Part shown: in pieces, positions 1 through 8,429 of the stretch
Layout of the letters: every line of letters begins with the position of its first letter
Position numbering within the stretch: position 1 is the first letter of the stretch
Assembly (NCBI GenBank): GCA_964345375.1
Contig: CAYFQP010000051.1
Span: 1-53,039 of the forward strand
DNA length: 53,039 nt
DNA from: an uncultured Gammaproteobacteria bacterium
GTDB taxonomy: Bacteria; Patescibacteriota; Microgenomatia; CAYFQP01
Direction: 5' to 3'
The notes under the pieces: model-generated
Seen by the model: the letters and a program-made list of their open reading frames with translations, nothing else
What the model was told of the DNA's origin: nothing
Databases searched by the model: none
Program-made: the position numbers and the translations under genes

Positions 1-9
1 TTATTCTTA

Positions 10-780
10 GTGAGAATAAAATCAGTTGGCACGATAGAAAAACCCAAACTTAAAGTAGGGGTTTTTCCAAAGGGAGCGAGAAAAAAATTTATCAAAGACA
101 AAGTGAAGTGGATTTTAGGCACGGATGATGAGCTTAAAGGTTTTTATAAAATTGCTCAAAAAGACGAGAAATTTTCCAAACTCATTGAAGGTCTTTATGG
201 GTTAAGAGCACCAAGGGCTGCGACAGTTTTTGAGGCCCTGATTACTGCTCTGATTGAACAGCAAATTTCCTTCCGAGTATCAGTTTCTTTAAAGAAAAAT
301 TTAGTTGAAAAATATGGGGAAACCTTAAAGATTAAAAGTAAAAAATATTATGCTTTTCCAGAACCAGAAGCCTTAGCCAGGGCTAAACAGGCTGAGATTA
401 GAAAAGTAGGTTTGAGTATCAGAAAAGGAGAATACATGATCGGCGTTTCTCAGAAAGTAATAGAACAAGAATTTGATTTGGAAAAAATGAAAACCTGGAA
501 ACAAGAAAAAATCTTAGAAGCTTTAACTAAGATTAGAGGTATTGGCCCCTGGACAGTGGAGTACATGATGTGTCGAGGCATGGGTAGATACGAAGCTTTA
601 CCGGCTGACGATATAGGTTTAAGGATTAGTTTAACCAATTTTTTAAATGAGAAAAAACGAGTTTCTGAAAAGAAAGCCCGAAAATTTCTGGATCATTTTG
701 GCAGGTATCGGGGCTACGCTGGTTTTTACCTCATCTACGCTTACGCTTTTCAAAAATACCCCCAAGAAAGACTTCTCTAA
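10..780 (+). CDS. HhH-GPD DNA glycosylase, AlkA-like (3-methyladenine DNA glycosylase II family)
   Basis: HhH-GPD hallmark IRGIGPWTVEYMMCRGMG followed by ALPADDIGLR (catalytic Asp context). The frame is open back to base 1, so the true 5' end may lie outside the window; GTG at 10 is only the first in-window start. Confidence 0.75.
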   Translation: MRIKSVGTIEKPKLKVGVFPKGARKKFIKDKVKWILGTDDELKGFYKIAQKDEKFSKLIEGLYGLRAPRAATVFEALITALIEQQISFRVSVSLKKNLVEKYGETLKIKSKKYYAFPEPEALARAKQAEIRKVGLSIRKGEYMIGVSQKVIEQEFDLEKMKTWKQEKILEALTKIRGIGPWTVEYMMCRGMGRYEALPADDIGLRISLTNFLNEKKRVSEKKARKFLDHFGRYRGYAGFYLIYAYAFQKYPQERLL

Positions 781-800
781 CCCAGTCAGATTGGAAAATT

Positions 801-809
801 TGCTAAAAT
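801..809 (+). promoter_or_regulatory. extended -10 box TGCTAAAAT, 6 nt before ATG 816
   Basis: Read directly: tgctaaaat-agattc-ATG. There is no room for a Shine-Dalgarno. Confidence 0.45.
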
Positions 810-815
810 AGATTC

Positions 816-1487
816 ATGGATAGGAAGAAGAAAATCCTTTTATTAGTCTTTTTTCTTACCTTAATCCCTCTTTCTTTATATTTTTTTCAAAGACAGGCGA
901 TTCGGATTGATACTGCTCAAGTGAGGGAATTTATTCGTTCTTTTGGTATCTTAGGCCCAATTGTTTTTATGATTCTCAATGCTTTTTCAATTGTTTTTGC
1001 ACCGATAACTGCCTTGCCTTTTTGGGCAGCTAGTTTAGCCCTTTATGGGTTTTGGCAAACTTTAATTTATATTTTAATTAGTTTTAATATCGGTGCGGTC
1101 GCTAATTTCTGGATTGCTCGGAAATGGGGCCGGCCAGTGGTGAGGAAGTTAGTGGGCAAGAAAGGAATTGAGAAGGTGGATGAGATTACTGAAGTGGTTG
1201 GTCTTCAGATGTTATTAATCGTCAGATTAATTGGCGGAGCCTCTTCTGACTATGTTGCCTATGCGGCTGGTTTGACTAATTTTGAATTCAAACCTTATTT
1301 TTTCATCACCCTTTTTGCTTCTGTACCAGTGATGATTTTAAATGTTTATGTTATTTACGGAGCTTTAAGTCTTAGGCCTGCTTTCTTTTTATTTGGGATA
1401 GTCGGTTATATTTTAAGCATTGTCTTACCCCTCTGGGTTTATCAACGCCAGAAAAAAGTTAAATTCCTAAAAGAGTTCTGGGATTAA
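816..1487 (+). CDS. TVP38/TMEM64 (DedA-related, VTT domain) membrane protein
   Basis: Multi-TM protein with WGRPVVRKLVGKKGIEKVDE loop and GGASSDYVAYAAGLT segment, typical of the family. Confidence 0.65.
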   Translation: MDRKKKILLLVFFLTLIPLSLYFFQRQAIRIDTAQVREFIRSFGILGPIVFMILNAFSIVFAPITALPFWAASLALYGFWQTLIYILISFNIGAVANFWIARKWGRPVVRKLVGKKGIEKVDEITEVVGLQMLLIVRLIGGASSDYVAYAAGLTNFEFKPYFFITLFASVPVMILNVYVIYGALSLRPAFFLFGIVGYILSIVLPLWVYQRQKKVKFLKEFWD

Positions 1488-2160
1488 TATGGCGGTCATT
1501 GTCGATAACTTCTAAATGTAAATGGTCGCCAAAAGCCTGACCAGAAGTTCCAACTCGGCCAATGACTTCATTTTCTACTTCATCTCCGGTTTGAACCTCA
1601 ATTTTGGAAAGGTGGGCGTAGACAGATTTTAAACCACCGCCATGATTAACAATAATGTGATCTCCCAGAGCAAGACGGGTGTAGATAACAGTCTCAATTT
1701 TTCCTCTTAAAATCGGATAGACGGGATCACCAGTTAAGCCATCAAAGTCAATCGCTGGATGGAAAAAATGATATCCTTGAGTAATTTTTACCTCATCTAA
1801 AGGAGGCCGGAATTCAGCCACTTTAGTAACCACCTCGATTGCTCCCGGTGATAGAATAGCTAATTCCTCAGGAACTTCTGCCAAAGCTGAAGCCTTAGAG
1901 GTTAAGCTTGAGGCAAGTAAGGCTATTAAGACAAGATTAATTCCCAAAATGGCCTTAATCCTCTTTTGTTCAAAAAGATGACGGAAAATCCGGCTAAATC
2001 TCGATCCCCGACGGATTTTTTGGAAGCTCTTAATTTTAGCTGGAATTTCTTCTTTAAGAACAATAGGAGAGCGCCGCTTAGAGACTTGAACTTGTAAGCG
2101 GTGTTTGGGAAGGTATAAAGATAGAGATAACATAAAGATGGTCGAGACAGGCTCGACCAT
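1459..2160 (-). CDS. M23 family metallopeptidase (membrane anchored)
   Basis: HPAIDF, GDHIIVNHGGGLKSVYAHLS and TSGQAFGDHLHLEV motifs (HxxxD / HxH of LytM-type peptidases). One TM helix precedes the domain. The start is uncertain because ATG 2160 directly follows a hairpin plus U7. Confidence 0.8.
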   Translation of the reverse strand: MVEPVSTIFMLSLSLYLPKHRLQVQVSKRRSPIVLKEEIPAKIKSFQKIRRGSRFSRIFRHLFEQKRIKAILGINLVLIALLASSLTSKASALAEVPEELAILSPGAIEVVTKVAEFRPPLDEVKITQGYHFFHPAIDFDGLTGDPVYPILRGKIETVIYTRLALGDHIIVNHGGGLKSVYAHLSKIEVQTGDEVENEVIGRVGTSGQAFGDHLHLEVIDNDRHINPRTLLGI

Positions 2161-2189
2161 AAAAAAATCCTGAACTATTCTGTTCAGGA
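2161..2189 (-). terminator. intrinsic terminator-like hairpin plus U7 downstream of tRNA-Cys
   Basis: Minus-strand RNA: UCCUGAAC-AGAAUA-GUUCAGGA (8 bp perfect stem) followed by UUUUUUU, then the AUG of the M23 ORF. Confidence 0.65.
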
Positions 2190-2197
2190 CTTGGCAG

Positions 2198-2226
2198 ATT
2201 ATAGCCTAAAGGGGTTAAAAAGTCAA
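2198..2226 (-). promoter_or_regulatory. sigma70-like promoter TTGACT-17-TATAAT
   Basis: Minus strand: TTGACT (2226-2221), 17-nt spacer, TATAAT (2203-2198). Lies between the tRNA-Cys 3' end and the hairpin. Confidence 0.55.
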
Positions 2227-2233
2227 ATTTATG

Positions 2234-2304
2234 AGGCCAGGAGGGGATTCGAACCCCTGTAATCGGTTTTGCAGACCGACACGTAGCCACTCCGTCACCT
2301 GGCC
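2234..2304 (-). tRNA. tRNA-Cys (anticodon GCA)
   Basis: 71-nt cloverleaf folded by hand. Acceptor GGCCAGG/CCTGGCC. Anticodon arm TCGGT-CTGCAAA-ACCGA. T arm AGGGG-TTCGAAT-CCCCT. Discriminator U. CCA is not encoded. Confidence 0.9.
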
Positions 2305-2410
2305 AAGCAAGATAATTCTATCATTTCCAGCCTCGAAAAACAAACAATTCTCTAATTATCTAACCTCCTTGCTAAAACCTAGGTTTTATGCTATTATCCT
2401 ATAAGCCAAA

Positions 2411-3286
2411 ATGAGGAAGTTTGTTTTACCGGCAATTGTTTTAATTTTAATCTTAGGAGTTGGCGGTTTTATTATTAAACAAAAATTTTTCCCTGCTGCC
2501 AATGCTGGCTTAAAAGTAGAATCAAGTCCTTCAGCCGTAGTCTTTTTAGACGGCCAAGAAATTGGCTCAACCACTTTAGAAAAAAATGATTTGAAACCAG
2601 GAGAAAGGACTTTGAGGTTGGTTCCTCAAGCAACAGCGACAACCTATTTTCCTTGGGAAACAAAGATTAAATTGATTAATGGCATGGTAGCCGTAGTTAG
2701 GCGAGATTTTGATGAGACCGAATCTCTTTCTGCTGGCGAGGTAATGACCTTGGAAAAAATCGCTGATAAAAATAGTGCTTCCTTGGCGGTTATTTCAGTT
2801 CCTGATTCTGCGGTCGTTGCCCTCAATAATGAGACTAAAGGTTTTACGCCTTTGAATCTTGATGGCTTGGCTGAAGGTAATTATGAAGTCCGAGTTTCGG
2901 CCAATGGTTATATAGAGAGGATGGTTCGAGTAAAACTAGTCAATGGCTATCGATTAATGCTTAATGTCAAATTAGCTGAAGAAAAAGAAGAAGAGGAAGT
3001 AGAAGAAGGAGAAGAGGGAGAGGAAGCTGAAGCTGAAGGAACCCCAACTCCTAGTCCTAAAACTGAAGTAACCCCACCACCCCGACCCTATGTTCTTATC
3101 AAAGACACACCAACTGGTTGGTTGCGAGTTAGAATGGAGCCAACCACTGCGGCCACTGAAGCAGCTAAAGTTAATCCAGGAGAAATGTATCCCCTTTTAG
3201 ATGAAGAATCAGGTTGGTATAAGATTGAGTATGAAGAAGACGGAGAAGGCTGGATTTCTGGCCAGTACGCTGAGAAATACGAGTAA
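2411..3286 (+). CDS. membrane-anchored surface protein with PEGA repeats, acidic/PT linker and C-terminal SH3b-like domain
   Basis: N-terminal TM. PEGA-like segments (VFLDGQEIGSTTLEKNDLKPGERTLRL; VALNNETKGFTPLNLDGLAEGNYEVRVSANGY). Poly-E then TPTPSPKTEVTPPP linker. SH3b-like WLRVRMEP...GWYKIEYEEDGEGWISGQY. Confidence 0.6.
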   Translation: MRKFVLPAIVLILILGVGGFIIKQKFFPAANAGLKVESSPSAVVFLDGQEIGSTTLEKNDLKPGERTLRLVPQATATTYFPWETKIKLINGMVAVVRRDFDETESLSAGEVMTLEKIADKNSASLAVISVPDSAVVALNNETKGFTPLNLDGLAEGNYEVRVSANGYIERMVRVKLVNGYRLMLNVKLAEEKEEEEVEEGEEGEEAEAEGTPTPSPKTEVTPPPRPYVLIKDTPTGWLRVRMEPTTAATEAAKVNPGEMYPLLDEESGWYKIEYEEDGEGWISGQYAEKYE

Positions 3287-3287
3287 C

Positions 3288-4220
3288 TTAAAGACTCCCT
3301 CCATAAATAATTGCTATCACCAGCAATCCCCAAATTAAGACCGAGACCAAAAGGGGCTTATCAGTCAAGAGAACTTTTTCTGGAGATTCGGCTTTGGCCC
3401 CAGTTTGGATAATCCGGAGATAGCGCATGATGCCGTAAATAACGATAGGGATGGTAATCATTAACCACTTACCAATTCCCGCTAAAGTTAAAGGAAAGCG
3501 AGCTAAAAAGTGAAGCTGGCGGACAACTGGTGGTGGTTGAAAAAAAGTAAAGAGGGACCAAGCTAACCAGGTTGAAGAGGCAAAGATGGCTAGGTATTGA
3601 TCAAGAAGCTCTTTGGAATAAAGGGCCAGACTTTGGCGATGCTGACTGGCTTTCTCGGCCAAAATATTGAGTTCCGCCCTTCTTTTACCGACTGAAAGGA
3701 AAACTGCTAGGGAGATGACACAAAGTAGAAACCAAACCGAAAGATGGGCATTAATCACAAAAGCACCGGCATAGACCCTGAAAATAAAACTAAGAGCAAT
3801 TGAAAGAACGTCGAGAATAGTAATATTTTTAAACCAGAGAGAATAAATAATCTGAAGGAAAAAATAGGCAAGACAGGTATAAAAGAAAAAACTCGAGAGC
3901 CAGATAGACAAATAAAGGGCAATTATAATACCAAGAAGTGAAAAGAAAAGAGCTAGGGGTACGGGCAAGACCCCTTTAGTGATTGGCCGTTGACTTTTAA
4001 TTGGATGAAGTTTGTCTTTGGGAATATCGATGACGTCGTTAAGAAGATAGACGGCTGAAGTAAGGATAGAAAAAATAACTGTAGCCGAGAAGACTCGATT
4101 AAAAGCTTGGAGATCGAATAATTGACCCGAGAAAATCAGGGCCGCAAAGATAGCTAAGTTTTTGAGCCACTGTTTCGGTCGGACGGAAATGGCCAGACTT
4201 TTCCAAAATAAGTAACCCAT
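3288..4220 (-). CDS. UbiA-family prenyltransferase, decaprenyl-phosphate phosphoribosyltransferase-like
   Basis: N-terminal RPKQWLKN motif and NDVIDIPKDKLHPIKSQRPITKG (NDxxDxxxD...RP) as in DPPR synthases. Polytopic membrane protein. Confidence 0.7.
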   Translation of the reverse strand: MGYLFWKSLAISVRPKQWLKNLAIFAALIFSGQLFDLQAFNRVFSATVIFSILTSAVYLLNDVIDIPKDKLHPIKSQRPITKGVLPVPLALFFSLLGIIIALYLSIWLSSFFFYTCLAYFFLQIIYSLWFKNITILDVLSIALSFIFRVYAGAFVINAHLSVWFLLCVISLAVFLSVGKRRAELNILAEKASQHRQSLALYSKELLDQYLAIFASSTWLAWSLFTFFQPPPVVRQLHFLARFPLTLAGIGKWLMITIPIVIYGIMRYLRIIQTGAKAESPEKVLLTDKPLLVSVLIWGLLVIAIIYGGSL

Positions 4221-5266
4221 AAAAGAAAAGCACCAATAATTAAGCTAAGCATGATTATTGTATAGAACTTTTGTCGACTATTCAAATTAAGAGCGATTAA
4301 GCCCAAAACAGCGGTGATCAACCAGTAGAAAAAGGCGACTTTCCTTTTACTCCAACCAAGATCCAAGAGGCGATGGTGGAGATGGCCCCGATCGCCCCAA
4401 ACTGGTGATTTTCCCATTAGAAGGCGGCGGCTAATTGTATAAGCTGCATCAACCATTGGCACGCCGAGAACTAAAATTAAAGTCGCTACTTTTGCTCCTG
4501 AAAGAATAGCCAGAACAGCAAGAAGAAAACCAGCTAGAGAAGCACCACTGTAGCCAGGCATAATTTTCTGAGGATAAATATGAAAAGGAAGAAAGCCTAA
4601 GTAGGCCCCGGCCGTAATCGCGGCTAAGATAGCAATGTTCCATTGAGTAACATCCTCGGTAAAGCGGAAAGAAAGAATGGCAATAGTTAGAGCAGCAATT
4701 GGGACAATGCCTGAAAGTTGACCGTCTAAGCCAGAAGACCAGTTAACCACGTTCATACACCAGACAATCCAGGTAAGGGCGAAAAGATCAGCCAAAACCC
4801 AAATACTTCTGGTTTTACCAAGAAGATAGAAATAAATTCTTGGCTGGTCAAGGTGGATGATACCGTCAAAAGGATTGGTAATAAAAGCGATTCCAATTCC
4901 CACGCCAACAACTAGACCAGCACTGAGTAGACCAGTAACGATCCTCAGATAAGGATTAAGATCATAACGGTCGTCAAGAACACCAATAGAAGTGGCTAAA
5001 AGGGCTCCACCGAGAATGCCAAGGAGATGTTTGTCAATTGGTAAAAAAAGAAGAGAGCTGAACAAGAGAGCGGCCATAATTGGAATTCCTCCTACTCGAG
5101 GAACAGGGTATTTGTGGATGACTTTAGGATGTTTTTTCTTCTTCGGATCTTCAACCCAGCCGAACTTAGTCGCTAATTTAATAATGATTGGTGTTGTCAA
5201 AAGGGCAATCAAAAAAGAGACAAAAAGGGGAAAAAGAAAAGCAGAACTAAATAAAGGACTAGTCAT
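4154..5266 (-). CDS. glycosyltransferase family 4 polyprenyl-phosphate hexosamine-1-phosphate transferase (WecA/MraY-like)
   Basis: VLDDRYDL, NVVNWSSGLDGQ and VPMVDAAYTISRR motifs; about 10 TM helices. Confidence 0.8.
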   Translation of the reverse strand: MTSPLFSSAFLFPLFVSFLIALLTTPIIIKLATKFGWVEDPKKKKHPKVIHKYPVPRVGGIPIMAALLFSSLLFLPIDKHLLGILGGALLATSIGVLDDRYDLNPYLRIVTGLLSAGLVVGVGIGIAFITNPFDGIIHLDQPRIYFYLLGKTRSIWVLADLFALTWIVWCMNVVNWSSGLDGQLSGIVPIAALTIAILSFRFTEDVTQWNIAILAAITAGAYLGFLPFHIYPQKIMPGYSGASLAGFLLAVLAILSGAKVATLILVLGVPMVDAAYTISRRLLMGKSPVWGDRGHLHHRLLDLGWSKRKVAFFYWLITAVLGLIALNLNSRQKFYTIIMLSLIIGAFLLWVTYFGKVWPFPSDRNSGSKT

Positions 5267-5267
5267 T

Positions 5268-5618
5268 TTAACTTATTAAGATGATAATTCGGAAAACAAT
5301 AATCGCTGCCAATAAAGAATAAAGGCCAACCGCTACCATCAACATCCGGACAATTAACTTGTCGGTAGCAAAATAACTTGCCAAAAAAAGGTTAATCCAG
5401 ATGACGATGAGACTACTTCCGGGTAGAAACCAGAGGAAAAGAGGAGAAACTAATTGTTCTTCTCCCCAAGGCCGGGAATAAAAAAGAGGTACTTCAGGGG
5501 GGAGCTTGGTCCAAGAGAGAAGTAAAAATAAAAGACTGGAGATATTGGCTACTGAAGCAGTATTAAGACTGTAGCCGGTAACCTTATCCCGCCGGACTGC
5601 CTTTAGGGAAAACTTCAT
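5268..5618 (-). CDS. small polytopic membrane protein, unknown function
   Basis: ORF tightly packed between the GT-C and GT4 genes (1-7 nt gaps). Three hydrophobic helices. No recognised motif. Confidence 0.4.
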   Translation of the reverse strand: MKFSLKAVRRDKVTGYSLNTASVANISSLLFLLLSWTKLPPEVPLFYSRPWGEEQLVSPLFLWFLPGSSLIVIWINLFLASYFATDKLIVRMLMVAVGLYSLLAAIIVFRIIILIS

Positions 5619-5625
5619 CCTTAAA

Positions 5626-7125
5626 TTATATCACTTCAAAGGATTTTCGGAAGAAGAGAGTGGCCCCATCAATTATTTTCAGGGGATGATAGTCTTTGGT
5701 TAGTAATAGATCAAGTTGGGGAAATTCGTCTTCTTTGGAGAGGATGACAATATATTTAGGCTCGACTCTTTCGATAGCTTTAATTGTTTCCCGATAGCCA
5801 TCAAAATCCTTGATGTGGTAATTGGCTGTGTATCGGCCTGGTGGTAGGCGACGAGAAAGGGCATAAACACAGGGAGCGTCTTCACCCCAGATGAAGACCT
5901 TTTCCTGAGAAGAAGTTTGATGACGGATAAAAGAAGCGATTTGATAATTACGGGGCAGATTGGAATTAAAATACTGAAGATATTCTTCATTAGTTTTTTG
6001 GCCTGTTACCCAATCAAGAAAATTTTGGTAATAAGCAATAGTTGGGTATCCCCAAAAATTAAAGTATTGTTGAGAGAAAAACAAAAGACCGAGGAAAAAG
6101 ACAATCACTAATTGTTCCAATTTTTTAATCTTGCCCAAAAAAAGACCGATTAGTAATGAAGCTGAAGGAAGAGCTTGGATCAAATAATGAGGATAGGGTC
6201 GTTCTGAAAGAGTGGCGCCAAAAAGAGAAAAAGTGAGCCAGAGACCGAGAAAGATAAGATTTTTATCTAATTTTTTCCTGGTTAACCAAAGGAAAGCCGT
6301 GATAATAAAAAGAGAAAACCCCCTAAGAATAAAACCAGTATTGACTGACATTCCAGCGTGGGTTTTGCCTTTCCAAGATGAGAGATAGCCAATGTTTTGA
6401 AGAAAACCAGCCTGAATAAAATGAGAGAGAGCTCCTTGAAAAGTGAAGAAAAGGCCAAAAAGGAGAATTGGCAAAAAGAAACCAGCGAGAAGAAGAAACC
6501 CCTGTTTGATGATTTTTTGCCAGTTTTTCAAAGTTAAAGAAAAAAGCAAGAGTAAACCTAAGGCAAAGAAATCAAAACCAGCTGGAACCTTAAAAAGGAC
6601 GGCTAGACCAAATAGGGTTCCAGCACTGAGAAATCGTAAATTCCCTCTTTTTTTTCCGCATAATACCAGCAAAAACCCCGCAAGAATAGGCAAAATCATA
6701 AAAATCTCAGCATTAGCAATGTTGCCTTCGAGCCAGGGCAAGGCAGTAAGAAGAGAAAAAAGAGAAGTTGAGATAAGAATAGGCAGTAATTGTTCTTTGA
6801 ATAGACATTTGGCTAAGCGCCAGAAAACAATAATTGTCCCTAAATTCCAGATCATCAAGATGGCCCTGAACCAGAAGAGACTATTACTAAGGGCAGCTAA
6901 AAGGTAAAGCAAGGGTGGTTTGTTATCATGAATTTCGCGGTAAAGGATAACCCCTTGGCGAACTGCCTGGCCTAAGGTGAGATAAATTCCTTCATCGCCA
7001 TAAGAATAAGGGTAAAAAAGAGAGGGAATTCTTAAAAAAATAACCAGAATTAAAATAACAACTAGCCAGACAGGGAAAACAGGCAGAGATTTGATTATTT
7101 TGTTGTTTTTAATCTTTTTAACCAT
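5626..7125 (-). CDS. GT-C fold membrane glycosyltransferase (GT39/ArnT/PMT_2-like)
   Basis: First-loop acidic motif YGDEGIYL followed by DNKPPLLY; more than 10 TM helices plus a C-terminal soluble domain. Confidence 0.65.
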   Translation of the reverse strand: MVKKIKNNKIIKSLPVFPVWLVVILILVIFLRIPSLFYPYSYGDEGIYLTLGQAVRQGVILYREIHDNKPPLLYLLAALSNSLFWFRAILMIWNLGTIIVFWRLAKCLFKEQLLPILISTSLFSLLTALPWLEGNIANAEIFMILPILAGFLLVLCGKKRGNLRFLSAGTLFGLAVLFKVPAGFDFFALGLLLLFSLTLKNWQKIIKQGFLLLAGFFLPILLFGLFFTFQGALSHFIQAGFLQNIGYLSSWKGKTHAGMSVNTGFILRGFSLFIITAFLWLTRKKLDKNLIFLGLWLTFSLFGATLSERPYPHYLIQALPSASLLIGLFLGKIKKLEQLVIVFFLGLLFFSQQYFNFWGYPTIAYYQNFLDWVTGQKTNEEYLQYFNSNLPRNYQIASFIRHQTSSQEKVFIWGEDAPCVYALSRRLPPGRYTANYHIKDFDGYRETIKAIERVEPKYIVILSKEDEFPQLDLLLTKDYHPLKIIDGATLFFRKSFEVI

Positions 7126-8393
7126 ACTAATTTTAGACTACCAAAACTTTTCTCTTTTTCAAGTTGATAATTAGGCAATTTGACTTCATCAGGCTGGCCA
7201 CTGGTAACGGCGATAATCATTGGTTTGTCTGGAAGCTGACGAATAATATCTTCTTTGGTCATCAAGGCCGTGCCAGTGAAAAAGGGTAATTCACCTTCAG
7301 GGACGTAGAGAGGAGCCGGGATTCGATAGTATTTTGATTCAAATAAATGATGAGAACGGTCATTGTAATTAATTAAAGCGGTTTCTTCTAAGTCTAAGGA
7401 TTTTAGGTAATTAGCTAAATCACGAAAGGGTCGTTTAGTTGGATGAGTGAAGTAATGATAATTAAGAGAGGTTAAAACAACGAAGACTAGACCAATCAAG
7501 ATTAAGGAGATCTTCCTTCTTCGAGACACAACTAAAAGAAGGATGGGAGGAATAACGTAAAGCAGGTAGCGATCGTAAAAGATTGAAGAAAAAAATTGGG
7601 AAATAATAAAGGTCAAACCTACAGGAATGATAAAAAGGCTAGCCAGAAAGAGTTCTTTTTTAAATTCTCCCCAACGTCGAAGAAAAAAGAGAATTAAATA
7701 GCTGGCAGCAAGTAAGGTCAGGCCTAATCCTTTAGCTTGATCCAAAAAGAAATTTATCAAGAGACTTCCTAAAGTTTCCAAGGTTGGTTTACCCAACCAA
7801 AAACCACTGCCAACTAGAGAAGTTTGATAATAAAGAGGGTAGAGCCAGGGAAGATATAAAAGACCAATAATGATATAGGATTTGATTGTTTTGATAAAGC
7901 CTTTCTTTTTTTTAAAAAGATTAGGGATTTCCCAGAGAAAATGAGTAAAAATCACAAAGATCGAAAAATGATGGCTATAAAGAGCAGTGGTAGCCGCTAG
8001 AATATAACCAAGTCGATTCTTAGCTAAATAAAAATAAGTGGCCGCAGTTGAAGTCAGAAGAAGAATAGCATACATTCGGCCCTCAAAAGCATATTGAAAA
8101 AGAAAAGGATTTAAAAAACAGAAGAGAGCTGCTAAGATTCCGGTTTTTTGATCCCAGAGCTTCTTGCCAATCAGATAAACAAAAAAACAAGTTAAAAGGA
8201 AAAAGACAAAGGATAAAGCCCTGATTGAGGCTTCGCCCTGGCCGAAAAAGATCATCCAGGTGTGTAAGCTAAGATAATAAAGAGGCGGCGAAGTGTCTCG
8301 AGCAACCGTGGTAACAATTTCTAAATAAGGCTTTGAGGCTAAGACAGCGGCAAAAGATTCATCACCCCAAAGGCTGGCAGTAAACTGATTCAT
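7095..8393 (-). CDS. GT-C fold membrane glycosyltransferase (PMT_2-like)
   Basis: WGDESFAAV and DTSPPLYY loop motifs; polytopic; C-terminal soluble domain. Confidence 0.65.
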   Translation of the reverse strand: MNQFTASLWGDESFAAVLASKPYLEIVTTVARDTSPPLYYLSLHTWMIFFGQGEASIRALSFVFFLLTCFFVYLIGKKLWDQKTGILAALFCFLNPFLFQYAFEGRMYAILLLTSTAATYFYLAKNRLGYILAATTALYSHHFSIFVIFTHFLWEIPNLFKKKKGFIKTIKSYIIIGLLYLPWLYPLYYQTSLVGSGFWLGKPTLETLGSLLINFFLDQAKGLGLTLLAASYLILFFLRRWGEFKKELFLASLFIIPVGLTFIISQFFSSIFYDRYLLYVIPPILLLVVSRRRKISLILIGLVFVVLTSLNYHYFTHPTKRPFRDLANYLKSLDLEETALINYNDRSHHLFESKYYRIPAPLYVPEGELPFFTGTALMTKEDIIRQLPDKPMIIAVTSGQPDEVKLPNYQLEKEKSFGSLKLVWLKRLKTTK

Positions 8394-8403
8394 TGTTTAA
8401 ATT

Positions 8404-8412
8404 AGTATAGCA
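8404..8412 (-). promoter_or_regulatory. extended -10 box TGCTATACT, 10 nt before ATG 8393
   Basis: Read directly on the minus strand. Heads the five-gene operon 8393->3288. Confidence 0.45.
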
Positions 8413-8429
8413 CAGCGAACCCTTATTTT

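Noticed and set aside
2234-2304. tRNA-Cys as a possible integration hotspot or island border
   Set aside because: No integrase, no direct repeat of the tRNA 3' end, and no compositional break are visible on either side.
2362-2370. Perfect SD-like AAGGAGGTT on the minus strand upstream of the tRNA
   Set aside because: There is no start codon within 5-12 nt downstream. The only nearby ATG opens a 9-codon frame running into the tRNA.
2373-2388. 16-bp perfect palindrome TAAAACCTAGGTTTTA abutting the -10 box of gene 2411 (possible operator)
   Set aside because: Roughly one 16-bp perfect palindrome is expected by chance in 53 kb of AT-rich DNA. I saw no second copy and no cognate regulator. Kept only as a note.
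2985-3040. GAA/GAG-rich tandem-looking DNA repeat
   Set aside because: It is the coding sequence of a poly-Glu linker (EEKEEEEVEEGEEGEEAEAEG) in the PEGA protein, not a non-coding repeat element.
6443-6907. 154-aa Lys/Arg-rich ORF on the plus strand
   Set aside because: It lies entirely antisense to the well-supported GT-C gene 5626..7125. Its basic, low-complexity composition is what the reverse frame of a Phe/Leu-rich membrane protein yields. It has no start-site signals.
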